NCBI RefSeq assembly: GCF_006345805.1
Contig: NC_042999.1
Coordinates: 60,884,001-60,948,000 of the forward strand
Direction: 5' to 3'
From: Octopus sinensis
Taxonomy: Eukaryota
DNA length: 64,000 nucleotides
Each line of letters opens with the position of its first letter. The stretch's first letter is position 1. The notes beneath the pieces are model-generated. The model was not told the DNA's origin. It made no database searches and saw only the letters and a list, made by a program, of their open reading frames with translations. The translations under genes were made by a program, and so were the position numbers. Positions 27,441 to 40,965 of this stretch are shown here, piece after piece.

Positions 27441-27920
27441 TTTACTCTTTACACTTTTACTCTTTTACTCTTTAACTTGTTCCAGTCATTTGACTGCGGC
27501 CATGCTGGAGAACAGCTTTTAGTCGAGCAAATAGACCCCAGGACTTATTCGTTGGAAGCCTAGTACTTATTCTATCGGTCTCTTTTTGCCGAACCGCTAA
27601 TGTACGGTGACGTAAACACGCCAGCATCGGCTGTCAAGCGATGTTGGGGGGACAAACACAGACACACAAACATACATACACACACACACACGCATACACA
27701 TGTATATATATATACATAGAAGTGACACATATATATATATATATATACATATATACGACAGGCTTCTTTCAGTTTCCGTCTACCAAATCCACTCACAAGG
27801 CTTTGGTCGGCCCGAGTCTATAATAGAAGACGGTTACCCAAGGTGCCACGCAGTTGGACTGAACCCGGAACCATGTGGTTGGTAAGCAAGCTACTTAACA
27901 CACAGCCACTCCTACGCCTA
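27441..27920 (-). mobile_element. SINE family B, full length
   Basis: Same head, CORE-like body, internal microsatellite and tail as 2348-2778. Confidence 0.88.
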
Positions 27921-27952
27921 CACATCAAGTTTTATTCAGAAAGTTCAACACG

Positions 27953-28155
27953 TATAGGCGTAGGCGTGGTTACGTGGTAAGAAGCCTGCTTCCCAATCAC
28001 ATGGTTCTAGGTTCAGTGCCACTGCTTGGCATCATGGGCAAGTGTCTTCTACTATAGCTCGCCTAAGGGGCCGATCAAAGCCATGTGAGTGGATTTGGTA
28101 GAATGAAACCGAAAGAAGCCCCTCGTATATATATACATATATATATATATAATAT

Positions 28156-28211
<56 letters not shown>

Positions 28212-28450
28212 CACACATATATATATATGTGTGTGTGTGTGTGATACATATGTGTGTGAGTGTTTGCGTGTAGTTGTCCCTCACCACTGCTTGACAACCG
28301 TCGTTGGTGTGTTTACCTCCTCATAACCTAACGGTTCGGCCTAAAAAAACCCGACAGAATAAGTACCAGGCTTTAGAAATTCGACTAAACAAATTGCTGG
28401 GGGTGATTCCCATAGCATAGCCGCGGTCTAATGACTGAAACAAGCAAAAC
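27953..28450 (+). mobile_element. SINE family B, full length, head-to-head with the previous copy
   Basis: GGCGTAGGCGTGGTTACGTGGTAAG..GGTTCAGTGCC..GGGCAAGTGTCTTC..GACTGAAACAAG. Confidence 0.85.
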
Positions 28451-30019
28451 ATATGAGTTACACAAGAGAATACTTTTAAAATTCTAACTTAAACATTTAT
28501 ACTCGTATCAACATATGGTCTCCGAACATTTACCCGCTGCAGAGTTCATTTCATTTTATTTTGAATAAACAAGACATTTTCCTTTATGGTTCTTGTGTTG
28601 AATATAATTTTCTGGTTTACATTTCTATTTTGTTCATAATATTCGGTTTTTAAGCAATCAGTTCTCTGAATTGTGTTTTTTTTTTATTATCACACATAAT
28701 CCATGTTTCCGTTATTGAAATTCTCTGACGATTGCTTGCGATTCTGTCTCTATTAGTTACCGAAACTATAGCACTTCCATTTGAGTAATTCAAATATGTT
28801 CTAGAGTCTGTGGTATCTACTTTTCATGAATCATATTGCCGAATTTAATTGTTATATAGTTTCATGTATGTATTACTGTTTTAGGAGACATTTCTATTGA
28901 TTCAGTTTCTCAATGTTTTCATTAGAGCAGGGGTCGGCGAACCGGAGTAAATTACCCCAAATGGATAAAAATATAATTCTTGGGTGTAATGAGGACTCAT
29001 TAGACATAAGTTAAATTATATAAAAAACGTGCTCTTTGTTACGACAGAAATTGTTCTTCCGGCAACACTGTATATATCCAATGTAATGGCCGTGTAAATA
29101 GATTCATATAAATTGATTCAATAAAATAGATTGATTAAACCTTTTGAATTCGAAGAATCTAAGATTTTCTTCCTTTCAAATCAAGGAGGTAAACGTCCGC
29201 GTTAATGATTAGAGGAACAGAAGATATATATATTTTTTAATTTCCTCTTACAAGCTAGAATAAAAATAAGGATTCTTCCGTCCTTTTCTCAAACTGCTGA
29301 AGTAGACCCCGCTGCAACCAAGCGATAACGTCGTGGTATTAAGCGAATTTTTGCTTCAGGCATATTGTTCACCAGGCTGTAAAAACCTTATGTCGCTTCC
29401 CCTACACCCACCTCACACCTACTTCAGCTCTGGCTTACTGTGTCACCATGTGTGACTGCTTCACAACTTCTGGTCTGTTAGCAAAGTTACCGAAATTTGT
29501 CTCAATCAGGAACGTTACAATCGGCACACTCTAAAAATAGATGCTCGATGCAATCGCCTCATCTACTATAACTAGCCGCTAAATATCAGTCTTCAACGCA
29601 GAGGATTAGTTCCGGTTTGGCTGTGTTTGTCCATAGCCATTATTTAGACAACTGCAATAGCAAAAAGACAGCAAGGACAACAACAGGAAAAATACCTGCA
29701 TTCGTTATGAAATCTTCCTCGAAGCATCGAGGATTCTTTTACAGGTATGACCTGTACAACTCTTATAGAGAATTAACGAAGAGATCTTTTTATCTGTAAT
29801 TCATTAAATAAATATCCGTCCGTGCACATCTGACCTTCACGATACACCAGAATCATATTTTATTTTATATTACCCATTGAGATTATATTGATATTCTTCA
29901 TCTATAACACCACCAGCAGAATCTTCTTACTGTTCCACAGTAAGAACCACTTGGTTCTTTGAATTGCGATGTTCTTCGTTTTGATTTCTTTTTCTCGTTA
30001 TAAATAATGAGTTATCATG

Positions 30020-30670
30020 CTTTGACTGGATTTTAGGGATCGACCAATGATTCATCCTATGTGATAACTCTGCTGAAAAAGTCCTCCTCGTTTCTTTGGC
30101 ACATTGCCAAAAGAGCTTGCGAGTACTTGACTCGCTCCTGCATCTGAAAATGTGCGAACATCCGGGGAATCCATCTTGCAGTCAACTTCCGCATATGCAA
30201 ATGGTCGTATATGATTTTTTTTTCCACGGACCCTACACTTATCTTCACTGGTTGTCGAATAGTTATGCAGCGATCCTCTAGAATGGCGGTTCCCACTTTA
30301 TGAATGGTGTTGTCATCAATGGCAGAATGTGGTTGTCCAGGAATAGGAGCAGTTTCCAGCGATGTCCGACTACAATTGAACTGGTGATGCCAGTGCTTGA
30401 CTACGTTGTATGATGGTGTATCGCCACCATAAACTTCTTTCATCTCATCGAATGTCATTCTTGGTGTAGACCTTTCAAGTATAAGAACCTGATCCCTGAT
30501 CGGCATCCAACTGCCTCCGTTATCACTCCTTAGTCCACGACAGCAGCCGTAAAAGCTAAACGAATACTAGTGGAAAACACCAATTTGCAATATGACATGT
30601 AGAGACATGTATAATTACACTTTCCGTTTCCTGTGATGACCGGAAGTGGATCAAGGGAAAGCCTCTCATG
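30020..30670 (-). mobile_element. mariner 5' half (degenerate transposase)
   Basis: EMKEVYG..VKHWHHQF..LHMRKLTARWIPR..FFSRVIT*DES (WVPR and first catalytic D motifs). Confidence 0.85.
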
Positions 30671-30688
30671 TGTGTGTAGATATGTATA

Positions 30689-30746
<58 letters not shown>

Positions 30747-31066
30747 GCATATATATACAAATTGAGAGAGGGGTTGTAAATGCAACCCACCATGGGATGC
30801 CATATATCCAATATACTGCTGTACCCAACAAAGTTAATACATAAATGTTAAGAATTGCGATATATATATATTTATATATATATTAATAAAAATGGTAAGA
30901 CAACAAAAGAATGAAAGTTACCTCGATATTATGTAAATAGAGGAATTTATCTGTAAATGTAATATGGCTACCGAATAAGTGTCACATATTACATTTACAG
31001 ATATTATATATATATATATATATATGGACAAACTAACGTTTGTTTTTCTATAAGCGCTGAAATGAG

Positions 31067-31478
31067 TATATAGATACAAATACGATAATTTATTCTCGAA
31101 CGCAGAGACACCGTTAGAACAGTAGAAACACTGGATAAATTACCCTTACGAAGCTTAAAAGTTTGTCAACAAATAGTCATAAGACTGGAACCCTTAGAGA
31201 TTCCGCTTATAAAAAAAAAAAATGTTTGTTTATATTTATATACTCGTGGTTGCACATTAGCTTTAAAAGGACCTAAAAATCAGATTAATTTAGCGTGGGA
31301 CAGTTTAGCATGAAGATAGAGCATTTGGTCGAACCCTTCAAGAAATATAGGTTCGAGTCCCATCACTATTTGTTGACAAATTTTTCCGCTTTGTAAGGGT
31401 AATTCACGCAATGTTCTCGCTGTTCTAACGGAATTTCTGCGTTCGAAAATACATTATCATCTTGTTTGTATCTATATA
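31067..31478. repeat. Diverged inverted repeat (about 130-bp arms) with a tRNA-like B box; probably two head-to-head SINE-like copies or a MITE
   Basis: TATATAGATACAAA..CGAACGCAGA..CCGTTAGAACAG..AATTACCCTTAC..TTTGTCAACAAATAGT and its reverse complement; GGTTCGAGTCCC at about 31349. Confidence 0.7.
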
Positions 31479-31699
31479 GTATTATTAAGGGATATCACTC
31501 CTACGCCCACAACATAATTAGTATGTTTTCATTTTAATATGAAATATGAGTATGACAACACCGGCAGGGTTATTTACTTACATATGTACAGCTATGAACA
31601 TAGCAGTTCAATGGCTTTCTTTATGCTTCTTTATATTCATCCATCTTTTCCATGTGCGTGGGTGTGTGTTATGTATGGAGGTATAAACGTGTGTTATTG

Positions 31700-31730
<31 letters not shown>

Positions 31731-32139
31731 GTGTATGTGTGTGTGTGTGTGTATGAATGAGCGTGTGGTTTATGCCCTTTTTATTTTTTTAACAAAATAA
31801 AGCGTATGAGATAATATTTCTCATATAGCATTCGATGATTTAACATTATGTGTCATATCAACAATTAGCTGCTCGAAGCAATAATCCATCACTTTGTTCA
31901 TTTTGATTCCCAATATATATTTCATCAGAATAAAATTCATACAGTGTTCCACCAGTAACAGACTATGTATGTCAATGATGACGAAGAGATATCATATATC
32001 GTTCCTTATTTCTTCAATTTTCTCGGCGTTCGAGTTTTCGCTCGCTCCACCTCTATGCGCTTATTTTAATACTATTATTATTCTTTGTTTTCTTTCTTTT
32101 CTTCCCTTGAGTTATCTATGCAACGTCTCAGCTCCTGCT

Positions 32140-32570
32140 CGCATCTTAGAGTCACAACACCTTTCTCACACCCGTGTGTTGTTCCAAGTATGCTGCCAAC
32201 CGTGAACGTTCTATAAAGTTTGGTATTTGCGGTTTTTCACGCCAGAATATTACTGTCTTGGGGCTGGTACCAAGTGCTCCGATCGAAATTGGTAACACAC
32301 TGACTTTTGAGATTCCATGGATGCATTTCACGTCCAAGACTTGGTATTTCTTTTCTCGTACTCTCTCTCTTCAGAATAATCTGGTCTGCTACGACGATGA
32401 AGGTTCATAATTTGGAACACTCCGAGGAAGAGTGATGGTTGGTCGCTTATGCTTCAGCTTTTCATCAATGTATATTTGCATATCCCATGTGAGTTTCACT
32501 TGGTAATTCCTTGCTAGTGGCAGAGGTTGTTTCTCATATCACTTGTTTGACCATTCTAGAGCATATGTCC
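32140..32570 (-). mobile_element. R4/Dong-like non-LTR element 3' remnant (restriction-like endonuclease)
   Basis: WDMQIYIDEKLKHKRP..EKKYQVL..VLPISIGALGT..VRKVL. Confidence 0.7.
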
Positions 32571-32574
32571 AACA

Positions 32575-33530
32575 CAGGGATCACCAAACTACGGCCTACC
32601 ACTGCACTGTAGCTTTTGTGTAAGAACGTGCATTGAGAGTTCATTCCTGCAGCGATCGTGTTTTAACTTGCATTGCGGTATTTAAACATTCTTTTTCCGA
32701 GAATGCTTGCTGAAATGGAATCTGTCACTCGCACAAGTAACAAAATCCTGCATTCGATGGCAGAGCGAGGAAAACCGTTTACTGACAGCAGCAACTTCAC
32801 CAAAGATTGTATGATGGAAGTTGCTAATGGCTTGTGTCTTGAGAAATTTTGGAATTCTCCGACTTTTAGCAAGTTCATTTGTGCAGAGAACAAGAACTTG
32901 GAGAGAAAATAGTGCTATAGATACGCGAGAAATCTAGGAACTTCTTGTGGCATTATCTAGCGAATACGTCACAACTTCTCGTGTTCATTTGTGGGGTCAA
33001 TTTGAACTTTCAAATCACAGAAGTGTTGGTGTCCGTTTGCAACAACAACTGGAGAAGACATTTTCATATGAGTGCCGAAAACTTTCAGTGGAATCATCTT
33101 CAAAGTGTTACACTTGATGGAGGAAAATACATGGCTGAAGTGAGGGAAGGTCTAGTGAGGCAGACCAAGACAGAGTTGGAAGGTTTTCATCTCCCGGGCG
33201 CTCGGTTTATACACTGCATTATACATCAGCAAGCACTCAGTGAGAAAGACTAGGATATTTCTTGTCTGCTGAAACCAGTTGTTTCTGCGGTGAACTTCAT
33301 TCGAGGTCATGCACTTGGTCACCACCAGTTCTACGCTTTTCTTGTAGAAATTGATTCTGAATTCTTGACTTAACTTATCACACACGAGTGAGGTGACTCA
33401 GCTACGGCAAAGTCCTGTTTCGCTTTTGTAAGCTCCGAAGAGAAATAGATATTTTTCTCACCAAAAGTATAGTTGATCCACTTCTATCAGATCCTACATT
33501 ACTGTCAAAGTTGTCACTTTTCATAATTTC
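32575..33530 (+). mobile_element. hAT (Charlie/SPIN-like) transposon remnant
   Basis: Start CAGGGATCACCAAACT; peptides RGKPFTD, SQLLVFICGV, VTLDGG, FIHCIIHQQAL, VRxLSYGKVL; many disruptions. Confidence 0.85.
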
Positions 33531-35065
33531 TGTTGTTGATTTTCCTCATAACTGTATTACTGGAACATGTTTTTGCATATGTTGGCTACTTCGTAATTTG
33601 AAATCGTATTGGTTTTCTAACATTCTTTACAAGATATATTTTTTATAGTACAACTGATATTTCGTAATACATATCTAGCTTTCTAATACGCTAACTTCTT
33701 CCCTGTATTTGTGGTAAATATAAATTTTTTGTGTGAGATTTTGCATGTTGTATTTTCTCAAACTTTCATTATTTTCCTGTCTATTGCTGCTAAATTTTTT
33801 ACTGTCTAATTGAAAATAATATTGCTATAACTCATAAGTGTGTCGGTCAGATTACTATACTTTTTGAGGGCGCTCAGCTCTGTAATAAGCATAAAATATA
33901 TACGTCTCTAATATTCTTTCTTATTTTTCGTTTCAATATGTGTGCTGCATACAGTCTAGATCATTAATTTTAAAGTACACCCTTGTGAGTGTTTGTATAA
34001 TTGTCTTATCTCAATTTATGTACCTAGTAAATCCTTATAGTTTTAAGCAATACTTTTTACATATGATCTGCAGTAGACAACTTGAATACATCTATATAGC
34101 AAGGTGGTTATTTCCATTATCATAGCATTTTTGCTAGTCTACATTTCTGTAAACATATTGGATGAATTTCTCATCATAAAATACAAAAGGTTTGGATAGG
34201 TTTTAGAAAGACCTTTTCTTGTTCTGTGACTGTAAAATTGGTGTCATTTACTCATTACATTGTATGTAGCTATGTAGGTTATTCCTAACCACACCATTGT
34301 AGTTATAACTAATATGTCTGCGATCACATGTGGGAAGCTGCTAAAAGACTTTCGTATACAATCAAGGCTATTTCCCAGAGAATTCGTTCTCTTGCAGTTC
34401 TCGCTTATGTCTTCCCTAATCGATAACTGATCTGTACAGCCAGGTGATCTTTTTCAATATCCTATTTGCTTTTTCGAGAGTGGCTTTAATGTTTGTCTTT
34501 GTTTTGTTTTTTTTTGTTTTTTTTTTGTGTGTGGCTGTGTCTATATCTTCACTGTGAATTAGTTGCGCTTAAAAAATGCTAGGTTTTAGAATAAGTTATA
34601 AAACCACTATGTTGATTACTAATTCCTTTTCCTGATAACATCATGGCAACATAATTTCATAATCGAAATATATTCTCGGAGAAAATATAAAACAATTGTT
34701 GACGTTTATCATACTGACACCTCTTTAAAGTATGTCAAAACACTGGCTGTCACAAAGCCTCTTGTACTAAAGAATTGGGAGTCGTGTGAGTGTACATTTA
34801 TAATAAAGAATGAAATATTTTCCTGTGAAGAAACACAACAGCGATTAGCATAGTCACGTCGGAATCTGCCGAAATGTATTAAAATTAAGCATGCGATGAT
34901 CGTTGTAATTCTCGATGTTCACTTTGCAAATCACTATTATATAAGTATATGTACGTATATATATATAACGGGAAGCTTTATGAAAATAGACAAAAGACGA
35001 AGGCAGGTGGAAAACAAACAAACAATTGTATTAGTATGGCGCTCAGGAAATATAAATAAAACAAG

Positions 35066-35103
35066 TCTTTAACGTTTCGAGCCTACGCTCTTCAACAGAA
35101 AGA
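35066..35103 (-). ncRNA. Minimal hammerhead motif of the PLE 3' pLTR
   Basis: UCUUU-CUGUUGA-A-GAGC GUAG GCUC-GAA-ACGU-U-AAAGA; perfect 5-bp stem I, palindromic ACGU stem III, A6U core variant. Confidence 0.75.
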
Positions 35104-35272
35104 TACACAGAGAGAAAAAAAACACAGAAAGAAGGAGAGAAAAAAAATGCGTGCAGTAACTAACGAATCAACATGGCGATCTGATTTCGGCCAGAGGTCA
35201 AAGATCAAACATGAGACGCGAGAGCGAAATAAGGGGAGATAATAGGGTTGATAATAGGGTTGAATGACCAGC

Positions 35273-35615
35273 TATTAGTGCGTAGGAGGGGTCTGGACGT
35301 GTGTATGTATAGGGTTGGTGTATGTATTAGTATGTATTAGTATGTATAAGGGTGTGTGTGTGTGTGTGTATGAGAGAGTATTAGTGCGTAGGATAGGTCT
35401 GGACGTGCGTATGTATGGGGTTGGTGTATGTATTAGTATGTATTTTTATGTATTAGTACGTATTAGTATGTATAAGTGTGTGTGTGTGTGTATGAGAGAG
35501 TATAAGTGCGTATGAGGGGTCTGGACGTGTGTATGTATAGGGTTGGTGTATGTATTAGTATGTATTAGTATGTATTAGTACGTATTAGTATGTATTAGTT
35601 GGTGTATGTATTAGT
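35273..35615. repeat. Three about 110-120-bp tandem repeats in the PLE 3' region
   Basis: Unit AGTGCGTAGGA..GTCTGGACGTG.GTATGTAT.GGGTTGGTG(TATGTATTAG)n. Confidence 0.85.
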
Positions 35616-38600
35616 ATGGCACATCATATATGATGTGATGTGTAAAGTCGTGCGGTGTAGTGAGGAGAAGAGGAGGGGAGAAGAGAGGGGAAGGGGAGGG
35701 AAGAAGAGGGGGAGGAGAGGAGGGGGAGGGGGAGGGGGAGGAGGAGGGGAGGAATGAGGAAAGAGGGAGAGGGGGAGAGAGAAGGGGAGTGAGGGAGCAG
35801 AGGGAAGAGGGAAGGAGGGAGGGAGAAAGAGGGAAGAAGGGAAGGGGAGTAGGGGTGAAAGGGTGAAGGACTGAAGAAGTAGGGGTCGGGGGGGAAGGAT
35901 AGGTGAGGAGGGGGGAGAGGGGGTTAGATGAGGAGGGGGGAGAGTTGAGACCAAATGGCGTATAAGAGCGAAGAGAGAAGATTAATTCCTGTTCACGGCG
36001 CAAACGGGAATCCGGATGGCCTCTGTGTAAGGACAAACCGAACACAGATAGGTGTTGCAATGAGTGACCGGTGGAGCGGAAATGGCGTGAGACCGGTGTG
36101 TCGTTTGCAAGTTGGATGTCACGAAGGTGTTCCGCGAACCGGTCAGCCAAGCGGCGTCCCGTTTGTCCGATGTACAAGGAATTGCAGAGAGAGCAAGAGA
36201 TGCAATAGATAATATTGCTGGAGTTGCAGGTGAAGGAGTGGATGATGGGATAGGGTCGATGGTGGGTGCTAGTGAGGCGGGTGGTGTTGGAGAGGTAAGG
36301 GCAAGTGCGGCAAGGTGAGCGGGAGCAGGGGAACGAGCCGGGTTGGGAGGTAGGGTCAGGGAAGGAGCTATGGACCAAAAGGTCTCGAAGGTTGTGGGCT
36401 CGTTTGAAAGAGGGGAGGGGTCGGTTAGGGAAGAGGTGTGAAGTGGACGGGTCGGACTGGAGATGACGGAAAGCTCGAAGAATGGTGCGTTGGAGACGTA
36501 GGGTCGTGGGGTGGTAAGTGAGGGGAAAAGGGAGGCGGGAGACTACAGGGCGGGTTCGGGGAGAGAGAGCAGATACACGGTCCAAGGACCGTGCTCTGGC
36601 AAGGGCGGTGTGGATAGTAGTGAGGGGGTATCCACGTAGGGTGAAGCGGTGAGCCATACGTTGAGACTGAGTCTCAAAGTCATGGTCGTCACTACAGAGC
36701 CTACGTAGACGGAGGAATTGGGAATAGGGGATGGAAAGCTTGGTGTGTTCTGGGTGGGAGGAAGAGAAGTTGAGGTATGAGTGTGAGTCTGTGTGTTTGT
36801 AGTGAATGGAGGTGGTAAGAGTGGAGTGAAGAATGCTAACCGAAATGTCGAGGAAGGAGACAGAGGTGTTGGAGATAGTGGAAGTGAAGTGGAGGGCGGG
36901 ATGGAAAGATTGGACGAAAGAGAGGAAGGAATCTAGATGTTCACGGGAGAGTGAGGTGGCACCGATAATGTCGTCAATGTAACGACCATATAGTTCAGGA
37001 GTGGGACCAGTGAAATTAGAGAATATTTGGGCCTCAACATAGCCAACGAACAGGTTCGCATAGTTGGGGCCCATTCGCGTTCCCATGGCCACTCCCGAGA
37101 CCTGATGGTAGAACTCACCCGCGAACGAGAAGCAGTTCAGAGTAAGGACAAGTTCGGCCAGACGAATGAGTGGAGGTGTCAGGTACAGGGTTAGAGCGGA
37201 GGTCAAGAAAGTGTCGAAGGGCCTGCAGTCCTTCGTGGTGAGGGATAACAGTATAGAGGCTTTGGATGTCCATAGTAAAAAGGATTTTGGAGGAGCCGGG
37301 AGGAAATGAGAAAGAGTTGAAAAGCCGGAGAGCATGGTTGGTATCGTGGATGTGGGAGGGAAGAGATGCCACTAGGGGGGCAAGGATACGGTCGAGGTAT
37401 TTAGAGATGAGCTCCGTGGGGCAGTTACAGGCGGAGACGATGGGGCGGCCAGGGTTGTTCGGTTTGTGGATTTTGGGGAGGAAGTAAATGGTGGGGGTAC
37501 GTGGGGTTCGCACAATTAGGTTGGATGCGGTGCGGGGGAGACGGGAGGACGCGATGAGGTCGCGGACAGTAGAGGATACCGTCTGTTGGTAGCTACGTGT
37601 GGGGTTAGAGGGCAGAGGGGAATAGAAGGAGGTGTCATTGAGTTGGCGGAAAGCCTCGGCCCTATAGAGGTCCGCGCGCCACACCACTACAACTCCACCC
37701 TTGTCAGCCGGTTTGATGATAATGTCAGCGCGCCGTTGGAGGGAACGAAGAGCCAAGAGCTCAGCCGGGGAGATGTTGAGGCGGCGTTGGCGCCTGAAGA
37801 AGTTGAACCGCTCCAATGCACGCTGACAAGCGCCCGCGAAAAGATCCACTGCTAGGATCTTGCCAGGGGCAGGCGTCCACGGGGATGGTCGGCGGCCCAG
37901 GCCAGTGAAGCAGTCCTCTTCGTTGGGTGTGGGTGGCGTGTCGTGGTAATGCGCACCCAACCGGACACGGCGCACAAAGCTGTGGACATCAACTCGCGTC
38001 TGGAATTCCTTACAGGATGGAGTGAGGGGAATGAAACGCAGACCCCTACCAAGGACGGAGCGTTCAGCCGCAGAGAGGGGAAGATCGGGGGGAATGGTAA
38101 CAACAGACGGAAGTGGAGAAGGGGTGGCTGGAATAGAAGTAGGAGGGGTGGTAGGTCTCGTGGAGGTCTGAGGGGGTGGTTGGGGGGGCAGTAGGTTTAG
38201 GTGTAGGTGGATGGAGCCTATCGGGAGGGGAGAAGGGATTGTAGGGAGGGGCAGTGGGGTTAGGTGTGGGTGGATAGAGCCTATCGGGAGGGGAGAAGGG
38301 TGGTGGAGGAGTTGGGGTAGTGGCGTCGGGTAGGGTGGAATGGAAGAGTGATTGGAGTTTACGAAGTTTGGTATCAGAAAGAAATTGATGGAAGAGTTGA
38401 TTCAAATGGATAATGAAGCGTAGCGTGTTTGGAGCATAGAGAGGCGGCAGAGAGGAGAAGAAGGTGGAGAAAGCAGGAGGAAGAAGGCGGTTGATGGCAT
38501 GTAGTTTGGAGAGATTGGAGCGAATGGTGGCCCGCATAATGCGGTAAGATGTGGTGCGGAGTATGGGTAAGATGGAAGAATCCGAGTGGAGAGCAGGGTG

Positions 38601-38800
38601 GAAGTGGAGGCGGAAACCTTTAGGGATGAGTCGGTGATGTAGGCAGCGGCTTAGGAAAGAGACATGGCTAGAGAAGCGGGTTTTTTAAAAAAGAAGTAGA
38701 GAGAGATCAACGGACGGCTGAAGGCAATATACAGGAAAGAACGGAGATGATCCTTCAAACGGTGATGGAGGGTGAGGAGGTAGGACCTAGGATCCGGCAT
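35611..38800 (-). pseudogene. PLE polyprotein (reverse transcriptase, Cys-rich linker, GIY-YIG endonuclease), frameshifted
   Basis: PADKGG, LPKIHKPNNPGRPIVS, LFTMDIQSLYTVIP, GVAMGTRMGPNYANLF, RYIDD, CSRSPCRTC, IIYCISCSLCNSLYIGQTGR, PFGLN (near 35945). Split over ORFs 38651-38851, 38064-38537, 37115-37975 and 35611-37335. Confidence 0.93.
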
Positions 38801-39209
38801 GATGGGATAGCGAAAAAAAAACAAACGTTCGAAAAAACAAAAAAAAATCAAAAAACAAAAAATTATCGTATGAAAAAAAATAGAAAAAAAGGGGATAGCG
38901 AAAAAAGGGGAAAAAACAAACCTTCAAAAAAACAAAAAAATAATAATCGTATGAAAGAACTAGATAAGTAAGCGATAGGGGCAGAAAAGACGGGGCAAAT
39001 GGAAAAGGGAAAGAAAGAAGGGAAGCAGAGAGAGGGGGAGGCAAAAAAGGGGGGTGCAGGCAGAGGAAACAGAGTATGGACATCCAGAGAGGGAAGAAAG
39101 ACGGAAAGGAGAACAAAAATGCAGGAAAATATGGAAAGCATGAAATGAATGTAAAAAAAGTGGTAATATATGAGAAAATAAAAATACAACAATAATTATA
39201 TATATATAT

Positions 39210-39367
39210 CCCTTCCTTTTCCTATGTTTCTGACGAAGCACTCCGCTCGAAACGTTAAATCCTCCTACTTTCTTTCCTTTCCTGAGCGTCCAATAACACT
39301 CTATACTTGTTCCACGTCCTCGCGTTGTTGTGTTTTCTCTTTGTGTTTTCATGTTTGAATCAACTTT
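39210..39367 (+). mobile_element. Diverged pLTR-like segment with hammerhead motif (39226-39260), inverted relative to the adjacent PLE
   Basis: GUUU-CUGACGA-A-GCACUCCGCUC-GAA-ACGU-U-AAAU; shares CGAAACGTTAAA..TTCCTGAGCG..TTCCAC with the 3' pLTR. Confidence 0.7.
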
Positions 39368-39381
39368 ATGTATGTACATAC

Positions 39382-39426
<45 letters not shown>

Positions 39427-39435
39427 GTGTGTATG

Positions 39436-39467
<32 letters not shown>

Positions 39468-39772
39468 CGTGTGGTTTCGGTCGTTCTGACTGCTTCTTCT
39501 AGCGTGTAAAGCTGCCTCTTAAAGGTAGCTTCTCTTGTATTTAAATGTACACTATTTTATATTGAGAATATGTTGTCTATTGACTTTTTTTATCGATATT
39601 AGGCAAGTGGTAGTGAAATTTCAATAAAAATATCTTTTACGTATATGATTTTAGCATTTTCAGAAAATTAGTTCGACTGAAACTGCGCTTGCGCGGTGGA
39701 TTTAGAAAATTATAATATATAATCATGAGAGTCGTGTTTTCTCTAAATTATGTTAATGTTATGGCACGGCCA

Positions 39773-39826
39773 CTGATGAGAATCTCGCCTGGCAAATTAT
39801 TTTATTTGCTAAATAAAATTCGAAAC
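39773..39826 (+). ncRNA. Truncated hammerhead motif with extended stem II
   Basis: CUGAUGA-GAAU..UGGCAAAU UAUUUU AUUUGCUA..AUUC-GAAAC, then cut off by (TA)n. Confidence 0.5.
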
Positions 39827-39877
39827 CTATATATATATATACATATGTATATGTGTATATATTTATATATATATTTA

Positions 39878-39915
<38 letters not shown>

Positions 39916-40916
39916 TATGCATGTATATATATATGTGTATGTATTATATGTATACATGTACATGTATACGCACACACACACATCTGTTGGAATACTTTGT
40001 AGATATAGATAGATGGATATATATATATATATACAAACATACATTTGAATAAATGTAATTAATATTACAACATTAATACCTTATGTATTCTAAATTAGCC
40101 ATCTCGCATTGCTAATTGATGCATATTCAAATTGATATTTTACAATATTTAAGTTGACTATTTCTAATAACCGTTATTCCTAACAAAGTTCTACAATTTC
40201 TCCTATCATAATTAAATTTCTATGAGAATCACATCCTGCCGCCGGCTGTATAGACTTATTAGTTCCATATTCTTCACTTGTACAGTATTGTTATCAGACT
40301 CAATTTTCGCATGAAAATTCCAAAATGTCGCTCTGATTTACAAAAAAAATCTACATCATACAAATATTAATAGCACATGTTGAAGTAAAATTGTTAAGAA
40401 TTTCGTATATAAATATTAAATTTAATTAGACATTATACGATTGCGAATACATTCTTGGATTCGTGTTCATAAATTGACTAATTAAAATTCATATTTTTAA
40501 TTATAATCTTCAGTATTTTACTTTACCATATCAGTATGCTACAGCTTTTTCCAAAATCATAATAGGTTTAAAATTTTAGAAGATAAGTATTTAATAAATA
40601 TAAACACAACAAAACAATGATGGGAGGGGGTATAAACACAGGCACAAATACACACACTCATACACATACTCACACACCCACATTCATGTTTGTTGTTTGT
40701 TCCTTCTCAAGCCATACCTGGTTCATAATCAGCCAGTTTCCCGCAAAATTTAGATTCAGATGAATATGGTACTTAAGTCAAAGGCACCAGAATTTTGTAT
40801 GGTATTATCCATATAAATCAAATGGGGTGATTACAATCAAAACAAGCAACAAGTATAGAGTAGTACAATTGTTTTATACTACTTCCTTTTATTAAACACT
40901 GTAAATATTACATCAG

Positions 40917-40965
<49 letters not shown>

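Larger units (their letters stand above)
34967..39190 (-). mobile_element. Penelope-like retroelement, Neptune-type, near full length
   Basis: RT + GIY-YIG ORF, 3' pLTR with hammerhead motif, (TA)n at both ends. Confidence 0.92.

Noticed and set aside
28928-29170. hAT-like terminus CAGGGGTCGGCGAACC
   Set aside because: No matching second TIR or transposase found, so not enough to define an element.
31297-31368. tRNA-like A/B boxes
   Set aside because: No convincing cloverleaf, and it is part of a diverged inverted repeat, so a SINE head at best.
35238-35262. GATAATAGGGTT repeats resembling telomeric TTAGGG
   Set aside because: Only two 12-bp units, not TTAGGG, inside the PLE 3' region.
35955-38194. 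Plus-strand ORFs overlapping the PLE
   Set aside because: Antisense shadows of a GC-rich coding sequence, with no motifs.
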